A DNA stretch of 60,762 nucleotides, counting the filler, from Dimorphilus gyrociliatus (taxonomy: Eukaryota; Animalia; Annelida): the NCBI GenBank assembly GCA_904063045.1. It is 4 parts of 4 records of this genome, joined end to end, with 100 filler letters (N's around TTAATTAATTAA, not from the genome) between each part and the next. Parts side by side here need not be neighbours in the genome. Positions count along the whole stretch, not along the records: positions 1 to 23,067 come from CAJFCJ010000106.1; positions 23,168 to 41,503 come from CAJFCJ010000205.1; 2 more parts are not named here. One strand, 5' to 3'. The translations under genes were made by a program, and so were the position numbers. Every line of letters begins with the position of its first letter. Position 1 is the first letter of the stretch. The notes below the pieces were generated by a model. The model saw only the letters and a program-made list of their open reading frames with translations, did not search any database and was not told where the DNA came from. Below, piece after piece: positions 13,146 through 25,633 of this stretch.

Positions 13146-13736
13146 TGTCTACAACTTTTGTTATATTTCATGCTTAAACTATATTACTGCACACAACTTA
13201 AATATGTACCTCTTCAAACCTACACAAGGAAATGCATTAACACTTCATCAAACATAGATCTTGCCATCCTGAAAGTTCATTTTTAATTACCAGTTAAGGC
13301 TTGGCTAAGCTATAATTCAATTAGTTTGACTAATGTGTGGCCAACTTATAATTCAAATTACTCTTCCTAAATGTTGAATCTTGTTCTCCTACTAAAGATA
13401 AGTATGAACTAGACAGTTTGGTAACAGTAAAGTAATGATTGTATATCAGAGGCAAACCTCAAAGAATATAAATCCTTACTGTTTCATTTCAATCATCATC
13501 TGAGAAGATCATCTGGAAACAACTCCACTGGAACAAGCCTTCTACTTTTTAACATTTGAAGACAGTTTGGTAATTTGGCCAACCTGCTATTACAAACTAC
13601 TTACTCTGCTGTTGAATCTTCACAATGTCACTTGCTTAAGTATTTTATTTTGAATAGACTATTTCACTTAATTAATTGTGTAAGCAGTACTGTTGAAACT
13701 CTCAAACACATAAATTGATCAAGCAAGAGTAGTACA
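13146..13736 (+). repeat. Family A repeat, full-length (about 590 bp)
   Basis: Colinear with 24025-24621 and 34021-34617. Confidence 0.85.
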
Positions 13737-13984
13737 ATCACTTTCACTTGATTCTTCTCCACATTTTCCTAATTTCTTACTTCTTACTTGGTCATTCTCG
13801 AAAGATATGACTAAAGAGAGTGTGAGGCAGATACCAAGAAATAGGGACCAATTGAGTAAGAGACAAGAAGGAGATATGGTGACTGAGAGAAATAGAAGAA
13901 TTGAAAGACAATGATTGAGAAAGACAAATGAATAGAACATGAACAGAACGTTACATGTTAACGTTCTGTTCACATTAAATGTTA

Positions 13985-14590
13985 AGATTGAAAGTGAGTT
14001 AGTGAATGTATGGCAGTATGTGAGCGTAAGAAGGGAGTTTGACTTAGCCTAAAGCCGGGACAGTCTAGTTAACTTGATGTTATATCACCAGGTAAATAAT
14101 GGCATGGCACAACGTGGCATGAATGTGGCAACACAGATGAGCACAGCCAAACACCCAGTTAAGTGACGCTAGCAAGGTATAAAAGGGAGTGAATGTAATA
14201 GAACGGTGTGAGAGACCAAGAATACCTAAAATACAATTTATACGAAATTGTTCGCAATTTTGTAATATAAGCGAAAAACAAAATCTTATAAAGAACATTT
14301 ATACATTATGTGTTAATGTTAGTCAGTGTGAGTCAGTGAATGTATGTCAGTATGTTAGCATCACTTAAAAGAGGAGCTTGACTTAGCCAAAGTTAGGACA
14401 GTGGATAGAGAACGACATGGCATGAATGTGACATCACGAATGAGCACAGTCCAGTACCCAGTTAAGTGACGCTAGCAAGGATATAAAAGAGAGTGAATGT
14501 ATCAAAACAGTGTGAGAAAGCTAACAGTACTTAAAACATAATTTTAGATGGAACTGTCCTCAATTCCGTACTACGAGCAAAAAACAAATA
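13985..14590. repeat. Diverged tandem duplication of an approximately 310-bp unit
   Basis: Both halves share agtgaatgtatg.cagtatg, gacttagcc, catggcatgaatgtg, gttaagtgacgctagcaagg.tataaaag and agtgaatgta. Confidence 0.85.
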
Positions 14591-15502
14591 ATGTAAAACA
14601 AATATGGAAGGACAGTTACTCTGTCACTCCTTGCCCCTCTTCCTCCCTAGACCTAACCATTTTTCAACAAATTTCTTTTTCAGGCAGCTTTTCACTATTT
14701 GAATAGACTGCCTGCAAAAATTCTTCTGACAATTAAAATCCATTTTTTGTTAAACATACAAAAGGAAAAATTTCACACTTGCAACAAATTTAAAAATGGT
14801 GAAATGATAGAAGCTCAGATTTTAGAAAATTGATTTAAAATATATAAAATTTACATTAGATATGTGTCACTTCATTAGTTCAAATAATGGCTTCTGGTAG
14901 TTTAAAATTTTTTTAACATTTAAATTTACTATTTAAAGTATAAAATTAGGCCTTTTGCCATTTTCATCCCACCTCTGGCCATTTTCTATTCTGGTCATTT
15001 TCAATCCTGTATGTTTTCTACTGGTCCCCATAAAGAGAATGGCAAAAGTTTGCTATACTTTTAAAAAAGATAATATATTTTCAACTTGTTAATACAATTA
15101 TGAGAATAATATTCAAGTTTACTGCTCAATTAACCTGGATTAGTCAAATATACCTGAAGATGGAAATGAAGCAAATTGTGTCTTGAAATTGAAAGAATGC
15201 AACTGTACACATGTATTGACCCCAACAGTTAGATTTATCTTTTTTAAAGATTGTAAATGACTTGTAAAACAGCACGATAAAAGAAAAAAAACACTTGAAG
15301 ACAAAAAAATTGATTGTAAATGCATGAGACGTTAACATTTTGACTTAGATTTTGATAAAATCTCGTTCATTTTACTTTCCTATCATATTTCACTTTATCT
15401 CTAAGATATCTTTAATCAAAAACAAAAAAATAAATTCTTGGATTTTTCAACTATAAAAGTAACCAAAAATCCTTTTGTTTTTTAGTAGATCAAAAAGAAA
15501 TT

Positions 15503-17464
15503 ATGAAATTCTTAACTATATTTTTAATTTGTAAATATTGAATCTATCATTTCTTTCAATCATTTCTTTTGTTACTTTTTATTCTTTCTCCTTCTCTAAC
15601 AGTTAAAACACTAATTGAATGGAACAACTCACAGTTTGCTTGTCCATTTGACTCTGAATAGAAACCAATTGATGGCTCATATCCAGATCCAGAAAACTGT
15701 GGAATTTATTATCATTGTATCAATGGTACTGCACATCCACAGCAATGTCCACCTGGACTTTTATTTACCGTTTCCATAACAAACTGTAAATATTCCCTAT
15801 GTGTTAAACCAAATCAGGCTGATTGTTCTGGAGGAACTTTATCTTCAGGAATAATTGAATCAGACATTGCTATTGAATGTTCAAAGGATGATGTCAAGAC
15901 ATCTGAAAAACCTTGTTACATCAAAAATGATGATTGTGAAGGAGGTCAGAATGGAACATTTCCAAATAAAAATGATTGTCGACAATACTATCATTGTTAT
16001 AATGGTGTTGCCTGGCCTCAGCAATGTCCCATAGGCTACTTTTTTAGTCCATCATTAAATATTCGTGATTGTACAACAAGAATTTGCGTTACAGCAGAAG
16101 AATCTAAATGTCCAGTAAAGGGTGGATGGTCTGAATGGTCAAGTTGGAGTAATTGCAATCCACAATGTGGAGATGGATTACGAACCCGAACAAGAAGTTG
16201 TACAAATCCTCCACCATCCAATGGAGGAGAGAAATGTGAAGGAAGTTCAGTTGATATAGATTTATGCTCAAATCCTCCATGTAATTTAAATAGAAATCCA
16301 GCATTCATGGTATCATTGACAAGAACAACATCAGTTGGAAAGGGAAAGGTCATTTGGCATAAAGTAAACCATAACAATGGAAATCTGTTTAATACAACTA
16401 CTAACACATTAAATATTGAAAAAAATGGTTTCTATTTTCTCTCAATAACTGGTACAACAGCATTATTGGCAACCAACCATTTCTTGATGGACTCATTGAA
16501 TCTAGGATATGACATAAGCTTATATCAAACATCAAGTTCTGATAAAGGAACATTTTGTAGATCAGGAATCTATACTCTAAGAACTGTTTATCGCCAACCT
16601 TTCATTGAGTTCACTTTTCCAACTGGAGCTATAAGCAGTGAAGATGGTTTTGAAACATCTTGGTCAGGTTTTAGGTATGAAGCAAACAATGTATTCTTTG
16701 TTGGTCCAAGATCTGATTTCTTCACTGTAAGACAACCAATTCCACTTACTCAGATTGTTTCACTGAGGGGTGCCAGTCTAAGTAGTAACAATACACAGAT
16801 AAGAATATCATCAACTGGATGGTATTTTATCAACTTTGGTGCTGGATTTTTCAGTAAAACATCTTGCATAGTAAGCATAACATTAAATGGCGAATATCAA
16901 TCTATAGAGAGATCTATAGCAAGAAATCATGAAGAGTCACTATTCTCTCAAGCATCTAGGGGTATAATTGTTAAATTAAATGAAAATGACCTGGTGTCAT
17001 TAAAATTGCATTTAGGCAGTGCAAGGGCAGGAAGATTATATACTTATATCGCTGGATTTAAATTAAATGCAACTGAGCAACGTCCTGCATTCTATGCATA
17101 TAGAACTAATGATGTAATAATAGTATCTAGAGCAAAGATAGCCTTTAATGCAATTGTCATTGACACAAATTCTGGTTGGAATTCTTCAGAAAATGTTTAT
17201 AAGGTTGCAATTTCTGGACTCTATCATATTGATGTGTCTGTTGGCACATGGCCAAATTCACAATCTATAATATATATTATGGTAAACAATGAACAAAGAT
17301 TAGGTATGAGAAGAGTTAAATCAACACCAAACTATGAAATAATGAACAGAGCAGGCTTATTGAGATTGCAAATGAATGATAGAGTATCCATAGAGACACA
17401 TACTAATTTACATAGCAGTGTTTGGAAATTAACATCATTGGCTTTGTTTTATGTTTCTTTTTAA
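15503..17464 (+). pseudogene. Secreted 2x chitin-binding (CBM14) - TSP1 - 3x C1q protein gene with a single in-frame TAG
   Basis: Exon 1 is 15503-15530 (MKFLTIFLI), followed by a GT-AG intron 15531-15602. The frame is then open to TAA at 17464 except for TAG at 15659-15661. Motifs: YPDPENCGIYYHC..CPPG, FPNKNDCRQYYHC..CPIG, WSEWSSWSNC..CG.G.RTRTRSC, and three C1q repeats (G.Y.. strands, ..GF.Y/L ends). Confidence 0.85.
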
Positions 17465-19079
17465 AAAAATATATTTTGTTTGCTTTTTATCTATCTGAAT
17501 CTAATTTGTAGTGGAGACAAAGTATCTTAAGACATCTGGCTGCAATAGACTAGTTCAATTGATTAATTCCTTTTTATTGTATTAAACTCTCTGTTTGGTA
17601 ATAGGGAAAACAACTTCTCCAACCATAAAGTGATGTTTGAATGGTAAGAGACCAACCACATGGTATTAACTGTTAGTGGTCGGTTCCAATACATCTATTA
17701 ATCTGATAAAATTATCTGTTTTGGCGGAAGGCTTTGTACCTGCTGTTGATTTTTGATAAATTTATTTTTAAATATGATATTATTGAATAAATTATTTATA
17801 TGAAAGATTTATTTTAATGGTTGATTCTTGCAGAACCAGTAGTGTCTTTATCTTAAAATAAAAGACAAAAAGAAGAGTTAACATATGCTGCAGTTGGAGG
17901 CTTAATTATTTCTCTTTAGGTTTAGTATTTCATTAGAAATTTTTGTTGGAAGTTAGATTACACATGCAAATATATATAAATAATGTTATTTTATATAGCA
18001 ATATGGAACAGCAATTAGTGTTTTGTTTGTAATATTTTTATAATAAGAATATATTAACAAATCCAAACATAAAAACACTATTGTAAACATTGCATTCTTT
18101 CTCATTTGAAAGAATTCAGCAGCCAGTTTTTGGTTGAGGAGATCTTTTTTATTTATCTTTAATAAACAGCTGTTAGACAATCCAATAATGAATATTTTTC
18201 GGGATCCAGGGCAAAAGTAGGCTTAAAAAGTATATCATAGCCGTGTGATGTTTTTCAATAACATCCAGTCATGTGATTTGCTTAGAGGTCATTTTCCAAT
18301 GTCAAATTAAAATATTATCTCAGTCATAGACCTATAGACCACTCAATTGCTTTTAACCTTTTGCCAAAAATAGATTTTTTGGCCTGCTATTGAGAAGACC
18401 AGTATATAATAATGATAATTTGTTGTTTTAGTGAGAAAACTGATAGTAAAATACATTACAATCCTTCAAGTTGATAATACATTGAATCATAATTAAAAGG
18501 AAAATGACTATTGTATTTAGAATGAATGCTGGACAAAATGTCCCTATGTTGTATTTTTACTCTAATCTAACCCAACAGTGGGTAAAGTAATTTCTGCTTT
18601 TTTATCCTTAATCTTTAGATCGTCCTTGTCATAGACTGAAACCAATGAAATTGAATTTTTCTTAACCCTAAAAAAGCCCCCCAGCTAGCCCTAAAGTTTA
18701 CCTTTAGGGAACACTTTGTCTCGACCCCTTCCAGAATTTATGTTACTTAGATAACAAACACAATTGTACTTTCCCGCTGAGGTTGTAGGTAAGTACTGGT
18801 CCAAATAGAACCAAATCAGAAGTAAGCCACTTAGAAGAGAGATGTAGAATTGAGGGAGGTTGAATATAGAACCAAAATGTAAGAATAATATAACTGTATT
18901 CTAAAGTAATACTAGACCTGTTCACTAAGGGAGTTGATTCAGGACTGAATGCCTCTTACTACCTACGCCCTGCTTTTATGCAATTCCGTATCAGTTGTTT
19001 ATGCCTTAGCTGTCAACAACAAGGGTCTAACCCCAGATAAGGGTTGTTCACAACAAATAGGGTCAAGGGTTATCAAATT

Positions 19080-19225
19080 ATGCAATAGTGATGTAAACAA
19101 CAACAACTTTGTGTAGGTTACCCCTCAAGGGTCAATTCTTACATCATATTTATGTAAATAAACACTTGTTGTTGTTGTCAACATGTTTGTTATGTAATAT
19201 CTTATCCTTTGCCTATAAAAGGGGT
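19080..19225. repeat. Dispersed repeat, partner of 9890-10030
   Basis: Reverse-complement similarity over about 140 bp. Confidence 0.65.
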
Positions 19226-20074
19226 TGATTCTGGCAGATGGGTACCATCTACCCTAGAGGCAACATCTATTTCAACACTTCTACCATATAGTAAGTATCA
19301 TTTATAAAATATCTATAAACTATAGTTCATAAGTGTTCAACAATATTATAGGATTAGTATATGAGATTTAAAAGGGAAATTTTTTTCAAGTTTGTCACAA
19401 ATTACAATGTCAGCTGACTTGTTTGTTTCAAAAATTTTAATCTTTTTGGATTATTTTTTGTACTAATCTAAGTTATAATCATAAGATGGCAATTATTCAT
19501 TTAATATGATAATATTAATATTTTATAAGATAAATTTAAACAACTCAATTATTTAGTTCTTTTTGAAGATAATTTGTATGATGCAAATAGAAATAGTCTA
19601 TAGAAATATTCAATTTCATCTACTAAAGCTTGTCTGGTAAAAAGGTCAAGGAGAAATGACCCGCACCCATGGTTTTTGTTAAAAAACAAACAAATAAATA
19701 TACACTGTAATGTCAAAGTTACAATACCTTGTCTCATCCACAAGAACACTAAATATTTTGGGGCATTTTTTTTTCTTTCTTTAGTCAATTATATACAATA
19801 TTTAAAATTTGTTTTTTCCATTTTCAAATCAATTATTCAAACCATGTCTTTTTACATGATCAAAATTGTTTAATTTAGGTATTAAATCAACAATTAATCA
19901 TTTTCTCAACAAAAACTGCTATATTTCAAATGAATTTTTTAAAAGGATGAATTGAGAGAAATTGATGAGAAAATTTCTTTTTGGTACTTATTTATAATCC
20001 CTCACATTTAGGCAATGGATCAGCCATTTTGGTGAAGTTTTTGTTGGTTTTTTTTTACAGAAAAATGAACAATT

Positions 20075-22872
20075 TCCTATGGGAACTTGTCCCTGGGAAA
20101 AATCATCCCTTTTTAGGAAAACTTCTCCCCTTTTTTTGGAAAACTCACCCCCTTTTTGTAAGAGCAAGTTTTAGCATTTTTAAAAGAAATAAAAGGAAAA
20201 ATGTATATAGTATAGTTGATGAAAAATAAGAAATTTATCAGAGTTAACAAACTAAACACAACATAAAAATGCTAAATATATGAAAATCACAATGGGAAAT
20301 TTAAAGATAATGTTATTCAGAATAAATGGTTCCTGTTTTTTTCCAATAGATCAAATGCTGTTATTTGACCAAATTTATATTCATCCCATATGTCAAAAAT
20401 TTTCTTCTGTTTTGTTATTGTCATTTGCATTTGATATTTTCTTAATTTCTTTTCAGTTAGAAGTTTTTGAAAAACTGGAATCAAAGAAGCTTCATGTTTC
20501 AAGCAATCAACTAATAAGTAGAAGCAAGAATTAGGCAAAGCTTTTTCATTAAGTCCCCTATGCCATGCTTCAACATCATTATTTGTGGGAATGCTCATTC
20601 CAAAAACAGACCAGCTTTCTGGTGTCCAAATAGAATTTCTAATCCAGGTATTTTCTATATATTCATATAAATGTTTATATACATTTTTCTTGTAAGCTTC
20701 TTTTAAAGATGAAAAAATATGGGGTATTACTTCAGAAGGAAGAAATGGAAGAGCCAATAAATTTCTCATCATATTTTTAGAGGCCAGACTAGTTTTATAT
20801 TCAGTTGCATATCCCAAATTCTAAAAACATGAAATGATTATATAATTAAAATATGTAATATAATATATTACTTGGATTTTTCTGAAAACTGCTTGTGTCC
20901 AATGGAAAACACATCCTTGAATTGGTACATTTGGATAAACAGATGATAAAGCAGTCCATAATCCTAACTCATAATCAGCAAAGAACTATTTTGGTTTTGA
21001 ATAATTTGTAATTGTTTGAATTTCCTAAAGAATATCATGAAATTTAGAGGTTAGACGAAATGTTTATTAACTCACCATTAATACTTGTTTAAATGCTTTC
21101 TTCTTCTTTGATGTCATGAAAATAAATGCCAAAGGAATCTGCTTTGTTTCTTCATCTTTTTTAATAAAAGAATGGATGGAGAAAAGTTGAACAAGTGGTT
21201 CTTTGACAACCTTAAATGTACCATCCAGATACCAAACTTTGCTTTTGGGTAAAAGGTCACACTGTTGTTTGGAAGCAAATATGATTATTCTCTGATTTCC
21301 AAATGAAACATCTTTTTGGAGGAAATTTGTCAGGAAGAAAATCAATATTTTTTTCAAAAAAGGATCATTTGATGTTATAGATCTTTTCTTCTGTCTGTTG
21401 ATATTGGCTAATCTCCTCAAATTTTCCATATATGGCAAACTATTCTCCTCAACTGAACACTTTAATAAAATATCCTCAGCAATTTTTCTCCCTAATGACC
21501 TGACATCATTATTACAAATACTCCTTAGTTCTCTCCTTGCCTTTATACTTGATATTAAACTCTTCCTTTTTTCATGGTTATGATTTATATGACTTGAGAC
21601 AAATAAATTTCCTCATTGTTTGATCATTGCAGGACAAATTTTTTTTTATTTCTGACAGAGCATCTCCAAATTGTCATATTCTCACTTCTTTTCTTTATAT
21701 TAAAAGCAAATTCATCATGTGATAGAATATCCTTGCCTCTCTGGCTTCCTCCAAGAAGATGTGTAAATTTTTCATTTTGATCAGCTTTTTCTTCCTCATG
21801 CATTTCAAATGAGTCCTCTATAAAATTATTACAATCCATACTATTTACAATAGTTGTATAAGCTTCCACTTGTTGATTTTCAGAAACATTACCATTATTT
21901 GTGGCATCTAAAATAACATTTCCGGATGTGGTAGAAAATGGCCATAAATCTATGGTTTTACCCTAACCCTAACCTATCCCTTGTTTTTGCCTAAACTTTT
22001 TCAATGCCACTAACCCTTAGATAGGACCCTCCTAAGTACGTATCAATAGCTATCCTATTCTCCTCACCATTTCCCAGTCTAAAATCTGACCTTCAAATAT
22101 TTCATTTATGGCCATTTTTGACTGGTCCCAACATTTCCATCCAATCTCTTTAGTCTAATAAAATATGTTTTCTTGGTAATGGTATTACAAGATTCACAGA
22201 AGCCTTCACTCATTTCTACTTGAATTAAAGAAATAAATTAAATATCTTAAAATTAATTGAATAATTACCTATACATGTATGATTGCAATATAAGCATTTT
22301 AATGTCATTTTGGGGAATGGTTCACAAAGATTGCAAATGTGCTGAGTTGGATCTTTAAAAAAGAGCTTAAAGACATCTACCTTTGAGACACTTTTGGTGG
22401 AGAAATTTTTGGCATTTAACACATTTTATCTTCTTTTGTCTGCCATAAAATCGAATGTCACAATTTGGACAAAGTGAAGCCATCTTTGAATTTAAGATTT
22501 CACTGGGAAAAAAATGTAACAACCTATATATGAAATAAACATTTTTTTAACATTAAAATTATACTCACAGGATTATGTCCTTAAAAGGCTAAGCAAATAT
22601 AAAAATATTAAATTTTACCTTTACACTTTCAAATCATGTAAACAGGAAGTAAGGGACTACTTTCTTTGTCACGAAATACACATGGTAATGCAGAGTTTGA
22701 TATCTACCAGTTTTCTCAAAAGCAGAGTTTTAGCTTGCTAAGTATTGTAACTACAAAAATAAGTTTCTCATTTTACAGTATATATATTTCATATACTTTC
22801 TTTTAAAAATGATAAAACTTGCTGTTACAAAAAGGGGATGACTTTTCCCAGGGACGAGTTTTCCATGACCCA
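20075..22872 (-). mobile_element. Mutator/MULE transposon (about 2.8 kb) with TIRs and an intron-containing, frameshifted PHD-like + FLYWCH + DDE transposase
   Basis: TIRs atgggaacttgtccctgggaaaaatcatccc (20079-20109) and the reverse complement of 22834-22870, with subterminal tandem units. Minus-strand peptides: CNLC..CLYCNHTC..CESC, GGSQRGKD..WRC, WYLDGTFKVV, GCVFHWTQ, TNNDVEAWH. Confidence 0.9.
21924..22129 (+). mobile_element. 206-bp MITE inserted in the MULE transposase exon
   Basis: Perfect 9-bp TSD aacatttcc (21915-21923 and 22130-22138), family termini and CCCTAA core. Confidence 0.95.
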
Positions 22873-23067
22873 CTTTCTACTTTGGATTGTAAAAATTAAC
22901 CTAGCCTTATCAGTAAAAATAGCCATAGACCAGACTAGATTTTTGCTATTAATTTTGAGGCAGTATTCTTTTCTCCATTTACAATCTTTGGAGGTAAGAT
23001 CAGTTCTTTGCCTGACTCTTTTATACTTGAAATTTTGTCTTTTCAGCTCTACTTCTAATTCCTTTAA

Positions 23068-23167
23068 NNNNNNNNNNNNNNNNNNNNNNNNNNNNNNNNN
23101 NNNNNNNNNNNTTAATTAATTAANNNNNNNNNNNNNNNNNNNNNNNNNNNNNNNNNNNNNNNNNNNN
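23068..23167. other. Assembly gap (44 N + TTAATTAATTAA + 44 N)
   Basis: Identical 100-nt spacer occurs three times, with a six-frame stop linker. Confidence 0.98.
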
Positions 23168-24024
23168 GTGAATTAGTTGTCTATGGAACTTCTGAAAATA
23201 TGAACATCAAAGTAGAAACAGTTAGTTTTATTTGTTTTGTCCAATTTCTTTCATCATCTAACTTTTTCAATAATTAACAGATACAAAAGAATTCATCAAT
23301 TCAATTGAATTTGGAGGTTTAGATGTAAAATCAATTTTAACTGATAATAAATATTTTGGTGTTGAAGAATCAAATTATATTAAAATTAATCAAAATGAAA
23401 TAATTAAATTACAAACTCCATCAATTGAAATAGTATCATTCTGCAAACTGGTAAATAATTTAAATTCAATTTATTTAAATATATACACTCTCTTTCTCTA
23501 CAAAACAGTATTAAATACTAATTTACAAATGGATTTATTGTTAAACTGTTTAAATCAATAGCTGATACAATTGGTAAAGAATTCTTCTTAGTACAAACTT
23601 CTCATCTTCTCAGACATGCTGCCTTAACAATATGAATTATGAGGCAAAATCTATTGAAATAATCTCTAATGATCAACATATCATATCCGAAATTGATATT
23701 ATTAGTACAAGTAATGTATTTTTTCTTTTAAATAATTCAAAAGATAACATTACTCATAAAATTTTATTGCTAAAACACAATTCTACTCATTTAAAAATTT
23801 GAAAGTAAGGGCTAGAAATATTTTAAAACATCTGTTTTAAATTAGAGTTCAATTAAACAAATTAGTGGGAAAAGTTCCCAAAAATACTTTTTTCAAAAAT
23901 AAAACACTTTAGCTTGAAAAATGATTATAAAAACTCAAACAAACAAAAATAGATTTAATGAGGATTTTAACATGGCATAACTCTTGTCTTCAGTTCTGTT
24001 CCCAGTGTATTTTTTCTGGTGAAC

Positions 24025-24621
24025 AGTCTACAACTCTGGTTATATTTGATGCTTGAACTATATTACTTGATGCAACTTATACATGTACCTCTTAAAACCT
24101 GCACAAGAAAACGCTACAACATTGGCCAAACACAGGTCTGATTAATCAGCTTGAAGGGTCATTTTTAATTACCAGTTAAGGTTTGGCCAAGTTATAATTC
24201 AATTAATCTTCCTAAATGTTGAACCTTGTAACATCCTGTTAGTAAACATAAATATGAACTACACAGTTCTGCAACTGTAAAGTGATGATTGGATATCAGA
24301 GGCAAATCTCAAAATATATAAATCCTCACTATTTTCATTCTAAGCATTCCTGTCTGGACCCAAGGACCTGGGAAGATAACCTGGAAACAAACCTCCACTG
24401 GAGCCATCCATCTACTCGTCAACATTGGAAGACAGTTTGGTAGTTTGGCAACCTGCATTTACTAACTATCTACTCTGTTATTGAACTCTCATATTGCTAC
24501 TTGCGTAAGTATTATTATTTTGAATAAACCATTTTGATTTAAACATTTATTTAAAGGTTTGAGTAGAACCAGTATTGTTGTAACTTGCAAACGCATAAAT
24601 TGGCCAAGCAAGAGTAGTGCA
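24025..24621 (+). repeat. Family A repeat, full-length
   Basis: Colinear with the other copies. TATATAAA at about 24315, AATAAA at about 24523. Confidence 0.88.
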
Positions 24622-24904
24622 ACACTATGAATATTAAATTATTGTTTCAATAAATTTTTCACTTGTACATTACCTTTATAGATGAGAGAATGTATGCCTC
24701 ATTGTTTAAAATGGAATAAATAGTGGAATAGTTTATCAGAATACTTTTCATAAAGTAATAAATAACTCATTTGTATGCAAACTGTGAACTTGTTTTAGAA
24801 AATGAAAATGGACGCCAAAATTACATTACCAGATTCAGATGCATTCATGACTAAAACAGTAATTCATTGTTTTTTAAGGCTTTTTAGCAAAACTATAAAA
24901 TATC

Positions 24905-25111
24905 AGAACCGGTCAAAACGGCCATAAATGAAATATTTGAAGGTCAGATTTCAGTCTGGGAAATGGTTAGGAGAATAAGATAGCTATTGATATGTACTTA
25001 GGAGGGTCCCATCTAAGGGTTAGGGGCATTTAAAAAGGTTAGGTAAAAACAAGGGCAAGGGGTTAGGGTTAGGGCAAAACCATAGATTTATGGCCGTTTT
25101 CTACTACATCC
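24905..25111 (-). mobile_element. 207-bp MITE
   Basis: Family termini in reverse orientation, near-TSD taaaatatc/taaatatc, and core gggcaaggggttagggttaggg. Confidence 0.9.
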
Positions 25112-25633
25112 TAAATATCTTATGTTACTTTCATTAGAATAGAATATATGATATCCTTTTAAAAAGGGCATAAAAGCCTCCATTAAAAGACTATTACCAA
25201 ATTTGAAATAAAGAAAACGTTGTGTTTCTATTCTAGAGTTTTAGGGAATATGTTTTTTCTTAAATATTTAATTCTGCGTTTTAAATTTGCCACCAATTTT
25301 ACCTATTGTCCAATAAGAAAATTTAAATTTAACTTTTACTTGATGTAAATATTGCGGAATTTTCAATAACATCAATTGAAGAAACTTATTATTACATATA
25401 TGGATCACTAAGACTAAGAATATTCCATACAAATCGAACTGAAATAATTGGATACGAGTCTACTGCTGGTATGAATATATTAAAACTACATGCTATTATA
25501 TGAGTTATGATAATATACACACAATTTCCCAAGTATGTGAACATGAATTTGGTAATAAGAAACAGCAAAATAAAGTGATTTATTGTTGTATTTTAATAAT
25601 CTAAATATTATAATTTTAGAGGAAAAAAATTAT

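Noticed and set aside
15659-15661. Stop-codon reassignment (TAA/TAG = Gln) to explain in-frame stops in several genes
   Set aside because: TAA terminates the C1q, GPCR and RT ORFs at natural ends, and the affected loci also carry frameshifts. C-to-T decay explains the stops.
23112-23123. TTAATTAATTAA palindrome inside N runs (also 41548 and 52623)
   Set aside because: It is identically centred in three 100-nt gaps and encodes stops in six frames, so it is a scaffolding linker.
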